DNA from: the human T2T-CHM13v2.0 reference genome, Homo sapiens
Strand: one strand, 5' to 3'
Assembly (NCBI RefSeq): GCF_009914755.1
Contig: NC_060926.1
DNA length: 64,000 nucleotides
The stretch's first letter is position 1, and every line of letters starts with the position of its first letter. The position numbers and the translations under genes are program-made. Of this stretch, positions 1 to 11,175 are shown piece after piece. The notes beneath the pieces were generated by a model. It saw nothing but the letters and a program-made list of their open reading frames with translations. It was not told where the DNA came from and did no database searches.

Positions 1-144
1 ACTTCCCAAAACTCTCAAGTTGCTTAATTTCTCAGTTTTCCTGGGAGCACTGTTGTTATTAGCTGTGTCTTTAGCCCGTACAAAATCCTTTCATCCGTCC
101 TATTTCTGAGAGTCAGACCTAGGGCCAATAGAGGGAAGACTTTA

Positions 145-290
145 TAGTCAGAAGGAATCAGGTTTAAATGCCTGCCAGCTATTACCTGTGTTAACATTAA
201 AAAGCTGATAAATCCTATAGGGACTTACTGTCCTCATCTATGAAATAAAGTGATACTTGCCTTGTAAAATTCTTATTTGTAGAACAGTCA
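145..290 (+). mobile_element. MIR SINE relic
   Basis: Degenerate MIR core: 'ggtttaaatgcctgccagctattacctgtgttaac...tgtcctcatctatgaaataaagtgata'. Confidence 0.55.
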
Positions 291-756
291 ATTTTCAATA
301 CATATCCTTTTTTATACTCTTATTTATGTTGCCTCCCTCATTCCTGACTTTATTATTTGCAGGCTTCTTTTGTTTCTTTGCCCATGAATATCGCATTCTT
401 TCATTTAACCCCATTGTTACTGCCCAGATGTGGCAAGCACTCCCCTTCCAGGTGATTTCCCCCACAGCTCCCCAGTTATCATTATTATGAACTATGAACT
501 TGAAAGGTACAAAGTGGTTTGTCATGTTTATGTCTTATTTATATTTTTGGATGATCTGGCATTGAATGTATGAAAATGTTTGTCTTTAATCTTTAGTTCT
601 CTACTGTAAATAGTAGAACTTTGTACTGATTCTTGATAACCCTGTTTCCCATCATTGTTTTGCCTAATGGTTGGACAACAAATAGTTGTCTCCATTCTCA
701 TATAGCTGGAAAAGAAAACGGCCTTTAAAGTGAAGACTAGTATTTGGTAGTGCTTT

Positions 757-920
757 AGTGCCTTGTTATTCTAGGCATGGTCCTGGGATCATCAGCATCA
801 GTGTTTGCATGGGAGCTTGTTAGAAATGCTGAGTCTCAGGCCCTAGCTAGACCTGGTGAATCTGAATGTTATATGATCCCCAGGTCATTGCTATGCACAG
901 CAGATTTTGAGAACTGCTTT
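757..920. mobile_element. MER5A (hAT-Charlie MITE)
   Basis: 'catcagcatcag...gggagcttgttagaaatgc...tctcaggccc...agacctggtgaatctgaa...ttttgagaactgc' matches recalled MER5A consensus. Confidence 0.75.
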
Positions 921-2851
921 ACAGCCCATTGATTAAAAGAAGTGAAAGCGATTTTTGAACTGGAAAAAAGTCAGAAAGATAGAGGCAATATTTAAATGTC
1001 ATTCATGAACTAGGGAATGTTGGGAGTAGGGGAGAACTGAAAAGAAGTCTGAATTTTGAAACCTCCCATAAGGTAAATGATAAACTGATTGCCAATATAA
1101 GGGACAACTGATGAAATCTAAAGGTAGATTTTTCTGCTTAGAGCTGAACTGAAGCCATGAAAAATGTTGTTAGTAACTAGCCTGATGTTTTAAAAAAAGA
1201 ATTACCAAGTGACATATTTCTAGATTAAAAGGAAATATTAAAACTGGCTTTCAATATTTAAAGCTTACTTAACTAGTAACACTTGCTTGACACTGACTCA
1301 TGTCATTTTATTTCATTCTTCTTTTGATCCATGCAAATAGTTACAAGATTTAAGATATACTATCATGTCACTTTTTTGAATAGATTAGATAAAAGAATTT
1401 TTTAATACTGGGTGATAAACCCTATGGCCAAGGCTTCACGATACTTGCAATAAAGCAGTGAATCTAGGCAAGAAGAAAGCCATATTTTCCTTTTTAAAAT
1501 AATGAAAATGCATTATTTCTACCTACTATTTCAATATTGTGCTCACTGATAATTAATGAGAAGTCTTGTGGCCACTTATTTGAGGTATTTCCCTGCATGC
1601 AGGAGTTGTCCATATTAATTTTATTTACAGGATCAAAAAGTGACAAACCATCAGTATTGCTTCCCCTTTGATTATTAAGATGCGAAGGATATCATGAGAA
1701 GTATTAACATAAAATCAAAGTAGTCCTTTTCTGCTTTATTTTAAATTTGCTCAGGTTTTTTTTTTCTTTTTCTTTGCTTTACATTTAAAGAACTAGGTTC
1801 CTTTCCCATACTTGGTATGTAGTACATCTTTTTTCTCCGAGTTAATTCTCCAAGTCTGGTCTGTCAGCCAGTATAAACAACACTTGATGAATGAGACTCA
1901 AGGTGTTTAGTCACCTGAAGCAGCTGTTTGAAGTAACTCTACACACAGCCTGAGGCCTGTGTTTTCACAGCTGTGAGAACTCTTCAAAAGCTTTCCCTCT
2001 TGGCCTAGCTCTTTGCTGTGGCTTTAAACTCTTAGCGCAAAATCTGGACTATTTCAAAAGAGCAGAATGAAACTAGAGACAGTAATTTTGCACGATTTCA
2101 AGCCAAAAATGGCCTAAAATAAATAAATGAAGTACATTCGAAAGTGCTTTACCTAGGTGGGCTATATATCTGAGAATTGTTCTCCTTCCTACGTACCCAT
2201 ATACTCTCTTAACAGGGAGATGTGTGGCTGAAACACTATGCTCTGTTTATATGGCAGTATTTTCATTTTCTTTTCTGATTCTATGACACTGAGGCTAAAA
2301 TCTTATGAGCTTGGAACTATATGTACCTGAATTAAGCTCAGGGAATTGCTGGATGTTTGATAGAGTTCCAGGCTCATAAATCGACCTAAGGTGATTAAAA
2401 AATGGCATTCTTTGCCAGCCTGCTTAGGTGATTCACGCTTTTGAAGTTCCTCTGATGTCTTCTATTGGCCTGGCAGACTTAACTCATGGAGCAAACTTAA
2501 TGTAACCACTGTATTTGTTATAAGGCTTCAGATTTGCTTGAGCTTATTTCAACAACAGCTGTTTTTCACCATTTTATATATAATAAAAAAGACATAGTTG
2601 CTTCTCACAAAGAATCATGAACTTCTCTACTAGAAATATGTAAGGACCATTTTTATTCAGAATGACAATCATGTTTTTTGTTCGTTTTAATTTAGGGATT
2701 TGATTTCTGAATTTGGAAAATGACTATTTCCTTTTTGGAGCTACTTGGCACCATGTCAAGTGAATAAAACTTGCCTTTTATACAATTTTCATGTGATGAA
2801 AATATTCTTCCAACTAGTCTCCTCTACTTAATTCAGGAGAATCATATGTAT

Positions 2852-3060
2852 AGTTTATTCTTTCACCTACAAATATGTATTGTGTCTGACAGATGCCAAG
2901 AACTAGATTACTGAGAATATAGAAGATATACATGGTACTTGCCACCACATGGGTTAATATCTAATGGGAAAAAAAAGATGCATTACATAAGTAACAAAAT
3001 AAATGAGTGTCTTACAATCAAGAGAAGTCCTACAAAGGAAGGATCAGGATACCCTGAGAG
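2852..3060 (-). mobile_element. L2 LINE 3' end relic
   Basis: 'tttattctttcacctacaaatatgtattgtgtctgacagatgccaag...' resembles the reverse L2 terminus. Confidence 0.45.
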
Positions 3061-3414
3061 CAAAAAATTCCCAATGTCATCTATCTTAATTTGTCTGAGG
3101 TCTTTGATTTTAAGATCACATTAAAATCAAAATAGATAATAAACTTTTATTATATTATCATCTTAGTGCATTGGTTATTAGAAGAAACTCTACTTTTAAT
3201 CATTGTGGTTTTCATACTGACACATATGGTACTTTGACTCTTACGTGTTTTTTAATCATGTTAAAATTTAAATTCATTTTTATTATCCTCAAATACATAT
3301 ATAAAATATTCAGAGTACCTGACATAGAATTGAGACTCTATGAAATTTATGCCACTTTGTTTAGCCATAGCTCCTGCTCTGAATGAGTTCCTAAGACACA
3401 GGTGGAGGTAGGTT

Positions 3415-3530
3415 AAATTCATCCATTCATTTCTTTATCTGTTCATTGCTCAATTATGGACTGCCTAATCTATGCCGTAATTGTTTCTGGGAATACAAAA
3501 ATGAATAAATTACAGATCTTGTATTTGTGA
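3415..3530 (-). mobile_element. L2 LINE 3' end relic
   Basis: (cattcat)-like tail plus 'ctgggaatacaaaaatgaataaa' motif. Confidence 0.5.
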
Positions 3531-3589
3531 CCTAATAACAATTTCTGTAACTGATGAACCCTAAAGTTCTGATGGCCTTACAGGAGTGG

Positions 3590-3897
3590 ACACATTATAG
3601 CTTAAGGGTCACTGCCTGGTTTTGTTCACCACTTGCCCTAAGAATGATTGTTTCTTTTTTTAAATTATTGAAAAAAGAATCAAAACAAGAATACTATTTC
3701 ATGATGAATGAAAATTATATGAGCTCCAAATTTCAGTGCTGTGAATAGTTTTATTGGCCCACAACCACATCAATTCATTTACATATTGTCTTTAGCTACA
3801 ATGGCAGAGATGTGTAGTTGCAACAGAGGCCACAGGACCCACACAGCTGAAAATATGATCTAGTTCTTTGTAGAAAAAATTTCTTGAGTCCTGACCT
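3590..3897. mobile_element. MER58B (hAT-Charlie)
   Basis: 'ctaagaatg...ttgaaaaaagaatcaaaacaagaata...ccaaatttcagtg...ttcatttacatattgtct...gtagttgcaacagag...tttgtagaaaaa'. Confidence 0.75.
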
Positions 3898-3899
3898 AA

Positions 3900-4270
3900 C
3901 ATAAGAAAAGTTTATTTCTTATTTACAAAGCAGTTGTCCCGAGCCACAAGTGTTCCTCCTCAAAATAGTGATTCAGGGACCAAGAGTTTGTCTACTTCTG
4001 GTTTCTGGTAGCTGTCTTTAACATGTTGTCTCACAATTGCTGTGCTTATTTGCAACAGGCTATAGGGAAAAGAACATAGAGAATGATGTATGAGCAATTT
4101 TTTTGAACCAGGCCTGGAAATGGTACACATTGATTCAGCTCACAATGTTTTAGCTGGAACTCAATCCTGTAGCCACACTTAACTGGAGGTGAGACTGGGA
4201 AAAACAATCTAGCTATATGACAAGGAATAAGAGGAAAAAAGATTTAGGCATCAGCTACCAGCCTCTGCTA
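3900..4270 (-). mobile_element. MLT1 (MaLR) LTR, MLT1J/K-like
   Basis: 'gtgattcagggacc', 'ccaggcctggaaatggtacaca', 'gccacacttaactg...gagactgggaaa...tctagct'. Confidence 0.65.
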
Positions 4271-4604
4271 TAATCTTTTCCCTAAAACGTCTTAACAATT
4301 AGAGACAAACAAATATGTAAACAAATTATATTATCCTGTTGATTTACTTAGTAGAGTTATACTACAGGAATGGTAGAGGCAGGGAAAGGGAATTATTTAA
4401 AGATTTCTAAGAGTGGTGAAATCAAGAAATTTACTGCAGAGGAAAGATAGAATATCATGTAAAAAACATAACATGATAATATAAGTTCCATCATAGAAGT
4501 TTATATAGAGTGCTAAAGAAACTTGGAAATGCTAGCAGGAATGTCTAACTTTGCAAGGGTGAATCAAGGAAGTATTTACAGAGGGGCTGTTATTTTTATG
4601 ATGA

Positions 4605-4832
4605 AAACAGCCAATTACTGTTTATTGAGCACACATTAAGTTTAAGACATAACAGAAAATTTCCATGTACTAAATACCTTGTCAATCACCACAGATTTAT
4701 TAGGTAGTTTTTATCCTCTATTTTATCAATTAAAATACTAAGATGAATTAAATTATTTCTGAGTTTATATTTCTAACAAATTGGGACTTTAAGTCATATC
4801 TTTCTGAGTCCAAAATTTACGTCCTTGACTAA
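4605..4832 (-). mobile_element. MIR SINE relic
   Basis: 'tttattgagcac...aggtagtttttatcctctatttta...gggactttaagtc...ctgagtccaaa'. Confidence 0.55.
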
Positions 4833-6455
4833 ATTGTTATATTGTATGTAGAGGAAGACAAATAGGAAGGGGTCACTCCTTGGAGAAGGTAATTTGTATA
4901 TGTATAATGGGGTTTGATAAAATAGAATACTGAAGAACAGTAGATAATTACAGGTGACTGGAATATGTGATACAATCTGGGGAGAGGGAGATGATGAAGA
5001 TATTAAAGGCTGGTTGGGCTTTAGTTATGGAGATTCAGGAAATATTTTTATGTAGGAGAGTGTCATGATCAGATCTGGGTTTCAGAGAAATAACTTAGCT
5101 GTCCAAGTAAAGGACATATTTGACTGGAGAAATTACTGAATTTTGAAGGGGTGGATAAATAAGCATATTTTGGAGAAGGGGTAATTTTTCTTAAAAAATA
5201 TTATTCATGAAACAGAACGTTGATTATAATATTCCTAAACAACAAATATTTTAATGTATTTCATTTCAGGATAGAAATAACAAAGTAGTAGGAGCTTTTG
5301 GAAGTCACTTCATGTTTTTTTCTTAGTATGTGATTTATTTCGTTAGAGTACCAAAGTTACTGTGGACAAACTTATGAAGTAGATCGGATGCACAAAACAC
5401 TTCGGGAAGACTAAGATCTTGATTATTTTCTTAGGTGGAACTTTTATGGAGACGAAAACAGCAAAAATGAAATCCCTCATGGACACTAATGCAAACGTTA
5501 CCTGGCATTTGTACAAAAATTTTATGAGCTCTTTCTCACCATAAAGGGCAGTGTTTTTTTATTACTCAATTTAATTAAAACTTGTTCCAGAGACCACCTA
5601 TGCAACAACCAATTCTTAGTTTCACAGTTCTAGCAGAGATTCTTACATCCCTAGTTTGAGGATCTTCAACATTTTCCCTCACGCTCTTTCGCAGGCTAGT
5701 GGAACAGACTACCGGTCTTCTTGAGAATGTTGTATCTTTACACCAACATTTTTTCACCTGGGCAATTAATATTTTGGCTTACGGATTTCATGTTTTTAAG
5801 ACCTGGTATTTCTTTGTGCAATTGATTAGCTTACAACTACATGGTTTTAAATAGAGCTTGAATTTTATATTTTCCATATTTTTCAAGCATAAACACACTT
5901 TAGATATTAAATCAATAATATAAAATTTGAATGTGTTTTGCTCTAAAGCTATTCTATGCCAATAGGACCCTAGGGTATGTGTATGTTTTCTGAGCTACAC
6001 GTAGTTGTGTTTTCTACTTTTCCATGCTTCTGTCAGAACCATGCGTTCTCTTAAAATGGTCTCTTAAGAGCAAGAAATTGCCTAAGATCTATCTTTTGTT
6101 ACTGCCATTGTTATTGATCAATGTAATGCCTGATATATAATCATCAAAAAGTAAATTTTAGCTAATATTTTTTTAGGATGATAATAATGTCATGCTTTTT
6201 GAAATAGGAACCATGAAGGTTTGGATGGGAATGATGGTTTGAGGAGGATAAAGATTACCACCTTTCCTTAGCACTATAGAAATCAATGCTAATATTAGCA
6301 AAGTTTATATGTCTATATGTGTGAATATATAAACACATCAATATGTATATGAGGTATAAATATATACATATATCATGTATATTTAAAGAATGGAACTCCA
6401 ACAAGCATTAATATTAATATCTATAATAAGAATTGATACCCAATCATCACCATCT

Positions 6456-6916
6456 GTCTTAGGTCAGGTTTTCAACAAAACAGGTTTTGAGTCAAAAATT
6501 TGAATCCAGGAAGGATGTATGAAGTTTCATCTTGGATAAACACCTTAGAGAAAGTATGGACAAAGGGATTGGGTAGAAGGAGATGTTGAATTTTTATGCT
6601 GTCATAACAGAGACCTTGGCAGGTCCCACAGGGAACTCAGATGCTTGCATGGCCTTGCAGACCTATCCTAAATTGACACAAAGGGGCTGAACTTTTGTAG
6701 GCTAATTAAGTGGTTATTGCTACAGTTACTGAATGTGGCCCAATCCCCAAGACAGGGTGATGACCTTGGGTGAGGCAGCTCCCTTCAATTTAGGGTAATC
6801 CTGAGAGAGAGATTCAGCTGTGGACTATCAGTAGCCAATATTCCTAGGATATGAGAGAACATGTACTTCAATTTCCAAGGGTTTATCTGGGCCTTACACC
6901 ACAAAATCCACGAAAG
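6456..6916 (-). mobile_element. LTR16-family (ERV-L) 3' LTR
   Basis: Begins 'tgtcttaggtcaggtt' (reverse complement of the LTR16 3' end); contains 'gaccttgggtgaggcagctcccttc' and 'cagtagccaatattcc'; a homologous copy lies at 8988-9440. Confidence 0.8.
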
Positions 6917-8987
6917 TTGATCTTTTGTATCACTCAGACCCACTTACTTATTATAGTAAGTTTATCTAAACTGGATCTAGCTCTTTCATAATTCTAGTTG
7001 GTCACTTTTCCTGTGAGCATTTACCAAAAAATAAGATTAGTAAGGTGAAATACAGTCTTCACTAATGCAGCTGCTCTCAGGGCTACAATGATAACATTAC
7101 CTTCTTCAAACACCCATTCTAGATTCCACACACCTTTGCCAGCACCTCTCCTCATCTCAAAGACTTCCCTAGTAGGAGACACAGACTCTCATCTTGAGAG
7201 GTATGAGGCCCTGATAATCACACACGTATCAGACAAAGGTTGCTGCACTCATCCTTTTATTGTTGGAACAAATGACTCAGCAGATCACTAAGTAAAACAC
7301 ATATATTTCCTTGACTCCTCTGAGCAATACAGCTCTATCACCTCCTGATGATCAGAGTCGATGACTCTTGCCAGAATGGTGATTCCTTTCTTCATCACTG
7401 GTCTGTTGGCAAGTGGAGCTCAAAGTAACTGGATGACAGTCATAGATTAAAGTTTAATGGGACTCTTTCTTTGTCCCCTAATAGTAGCATTCTTATTCTG
7501 AGAAACAGGTTCTCTAAACTCACAAATCTCAGAGTTACAGGGATAGTGCACACAGATTCCTCCAATGGGTTACGAGATATAATGACAAGTGAAATAACTC
7601 CTATGTTTATCTGGTTCTTGGACCCATGCATTAAATATATTGGAGAATTCACACCATACAATGATAATTAGTTTCGAATATAGTATGGTGCCCCATTCTT
7701 TACATTATTATCACCAGACTGGTCTTCATCTGTACCTGCAGGAGACTATTTCATTATTCTTACAGGCAGACAGTTTCTGGGTTACAGTATGTGATTGATT
7801 GGCTAATCCCATGACCTTGGTCTGATGTAATGTTATATGGGACTCTGTGTCTATGGACCTCCTATTTTGAGAGCCTTCAGTAGGTTCTGGCCAAGGACCT
7901 GTAGGCAGAAAAGGCAAATTACACACAGAATAAGTATTGTCTCTAATCCGAAGAATTTGCTTCTGTTACCTCTACTGAAGAATCAATGGGAAGTTTCTGC
8001 CAGCTACCAAATGTATCTACTCCAATTAGATACCCAGAGTTTGGAGATATGATCACTAGGTGCATCTATTTGTGCAAAGGACCCACAGTAAACTTGACCT
8101 AGACCAGGACTTCATTTATTATCTGCCTTCCACATACCCTCACTTAAACAGGCCTCTGGCTTTCAATATCAACTCAGACCCTTTGTCAAGCAATCCCTGA
8201 AAACTTTGGGTAGTCTCCTTTCACCAGCATAGAGAAAGGGAGATAGGAATGCATTCTGAGTGACGACGTGTTGTCTTGCAAGACAGAACTGTCTATATCA
8301 TCTTCAAGCAAAGGGGTTAATATTAGATAATAGGAAGTGAGAGAGATCCATTTCTGTTCATGCAGGATTTCAGGGGACTGGGAATTCAAGATTATCAAGG
8401 GCATCCATCCAGGTATTCTAATATAAAGTCTTACAGTCCTCCTCTTTTCCAGTCAGCACCCTGACTTTTGTGTGTCAGATGTATCAGCATTGAGAATTGA
8501 ACTTTTCTGGAATTCTGCTGTTTTAATGATTAAGTGCCGAATAAAATCTTCAGCTTTTCCTTTGCTCTAGCTGCAGGAGATCAGAACCTCTTTAGACACA
8601 GCTAAGAATAGCCTCAGATTTTCTCAGATTTTTACAATTATCCTTAAATTGGTGCCTAGTCATCCTCAGCCTTTTATCGTTTTTCTAAAATTCATCAGTA
8701 GTGCCCAGAAACAATTTTCTGATTCTAAAGTCTTCATAATTAATACATCTTCTGACCTTCACAATCACCTGGGATATTGAACCCATCAATGCATTCCCTT
8801 CCACTGATATCCCATATCAGTGTAGCTCTGGTGAGAGTTTTAACACTTGTACCAAACCACATGCCAGGGATTACCACTACTTCACCATGGCCAATAATGA
8901 GGTCCTTCCTGTCAGGCTGATGGCTGGTGTTCCAGATCCAAATCCCTTCTGAGAGTGTGTTTCCTTGGACTCATGTCTGGCACTAAC
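6917..8987 (-). mobile_element. ERV-L internal region (HERV16/ERV3-16A3_I-like), internally deleted: gag remnant plus integrase C-terminus/dUTPase remnant
   Basis: Lies between two same-orientation LTR16 copies. ORF 7440-7661(-) 'MYGVNSPIYLMHGSKNQ..ISRNPLEESVCTIPVTLRFVSLENL..LLLGDKERVPLNFNL' resembles recalled ERV-L 'YGTVSPIARIHGSRNQ..PSDPLAKFLLPVPATL..LPPGDT..IPLNWKL'. A degenerate PBS-like 'gttagtgccag' follows the 5' LTR. Confidence 0.75.
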
Positions 8988-9440
8988 TGTCATGGTCATG
9001 TTCTTAGAAAACAGACTCTGAGGTAAAGATTTGTGTGCAAGAAATTTGTTGGTAAGTATCCTCAAGTCAACACAGTAGGGGAGTGAAGAAAGCAGTGCTG
9101 GACAAAAGGAGAAAATAAACTGTGGACCACATCCAAAATCCTCCACCAATCCTAAGGAGCCTGGGGCTAGGTTCCTAAATAGAAAAAATAAGAAGGCCCA
9201 AATAGAAGAGAAAAGCCTGAGTGTTTGTAGTCCCCTCCTTACTTCATTGCCTAGTCATTGGCTGTCAGTGGCTCTTGAGAATAAGACATACATGTGAATA
9301 GGGCAGCCTCCTGACCTAGGATAATTCTCAGGAAGGGTTTCAGCTTTGAGCCAACAGCAGCCAACACTCCTGGCATCCTGGGAAATGAGTACAAAGTCTT
9401 GAAGTAAGGAGAGAGATGTGAGTGGTGTACCCCAAAATCA
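8988..9440 (-). mobile_element. LTR16-family (ERV-L) 5' LTR
   Basis: 'tgtcatggtcatgttc...aaacagactctgaggtaaagatttgtgtgcaag...cagcagccaacactcctggca...gggaaatgagt'. Confidence 0.8.
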
Positions 9441-10004
9441 TTAGCCTAAAACATTTTATCTACTAAATATGACCCAAATAAATTAACTCTTAAATTGCAT
9501 TAAGTCATTATAAAAGAGTTTGAATGATCATTCTTATGTTAAGAAATGTTGTCTATGACATTGATTGAAGAAGTAAAGGAATAACTACACTGTTATTCCA
9601 CCAAAGGCACTAATCATGAAAGCATATTCCCATAGACAGAATGATATAAACAGAGGCTAGGAAGAAAAGACTACCCCCATCCATAGTTATTGACTTCCAT
9701 CCACATCTAGGAACATACATATAAGTACAAAATTGTACGTTGCATGTCCTCGAGGACTTGGTGGTCCTCTTTTCCCTCGTTTTTCAAAATAGTGATGAAG
9801 GAATAGTGTCCACTATTTTGACTATGAGAAATCACATAATTATCCAGCTTTAATAGTTTTAATCCAATTTTCTAGGCCCATGTCAACCATGTAGCTCTAA
9901 AATATGACAAGTTATAGCAAAATGAAGAGAAACAGATAGTAAATAACATAAATTAAGTATAAAACATGATTCTGTGATAATGAGTTCTATAATAAGAAAG
10001 TAGA

Positions 10005-10208
10005 GGCCGGGCATGGTGGCTCACCTGTAATTGCAGCACTTTGAGAGGCTGAGGTGGGCAGATCACTTGAGGCCAGGAGTTCAAGACCAGCCTGGTCAAC
10101 CTGGTGAAACCCCGTCTCTACTAAAAATACAAACTTAGTTGGGTGTGGTGGCAGGTGCCTGTAATCCCAACCTGGGCAACAGAGCAAGACTATCTCAAAA
10201 AAAAAAAA
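10005..10208 (+). mobile_element. AluS/J with internal deletion of most of the right monomer
   Basis: ggccggg start, intact left arm, 'tgtaatccca|acctgggcaacagagcaagac', A tail; TSD-like aaagtaga/aaagtgga. Confidence 0.92.
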
Positions 10209-10239
10209 GTGGATAAAGGCATAGTGAAAGTTAGCATAA

Positions 10240-11175
10240 TGAAATTTTAGATGGTGAGCATGTTACCCAAAGAATGTACCATGTCTGTATAGACCTGAAG
10301 GAGGTGAGAATAATCCATGCAAATATCAAGAGGAAGAGTGCCCCAGGAAGACAGTATAGCCAGTGTAAAAACCTTTGGTGAGTGTTCAAAGAATAGTAAA
10401 GAGTGGAGTGGGGGAGAGATGGAAGAGAGTATGATGTATAGTAGGAGTCAATGTGAAAGAGGTAAGAGGAACCAGATCCTTTAGAGCATAGTGTCTTTTA
10501 AGCCATTGTAAGGACCTTGGCTTTAACTTTTATTGAGATAAGAAGTCATTTTGAGCAGAGGGGTAACATGATCTGATTTTGTTGTAAAAGAATCACTCTT
10601 CTCATTGTGCTAAGAACAGAATAGACTAGAAAGGCAAGGGTAGGAGTTGGAAGATCAGGCTAGTGTAATAATTCAAGCAGAGATAATCGGGAGAAGATGA
10701 CTGTAGCTGTAGAATTTGTGAAAATTTGTCAGATTCTGTAGGTATTCTGGAGGGAGAGAGTGGCCAGAATATTTTGCAGAGTGTGAGTGAAAAAGAGTCA
10801 GGAATGACTCCAAATCTTTTGGATTGAGGTACTTAAAGGGTAGCGATGCCATTCCCTGAGATTGAGGAGATTGCGAAAGGGGAAAATTTGGTATTGAGAC
10901 AAGACCAGGAGCTCGGTTTTGGCATGTTAAGTTTGACATTACTCTTAGATACCAAATTGCAGGTGATAATATCAGGAGCTGAATACATCAGCCTAGACTT
11001 TGAGGGAGAGGTCTAAGCTGATATATATGTTTAGGTGCCTTATTACATTAAAAAATTCTGAGGATGTAGAAAAACAAGAAACAGAACTAAGAAAGAGCCA
11101 GGCTGAGAGGTAGGAGAAAAACCAGGAAAGTGTTATGTCTTGGAAGACAGTGAAGAAAATGTTTTGAGAAGAATT
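10240..11175 (-). mobile_element. L2a LINE fragment
   Basis: 'agacctgaaggaggtgag', 'gccattgtaaggaccttggcttt', 'ttttgagcagaggggtaacatgatctgattt', 'gagtcaggaatgactcc', 'ttttggcatgttaagtttga'. Confidence 0.8.
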
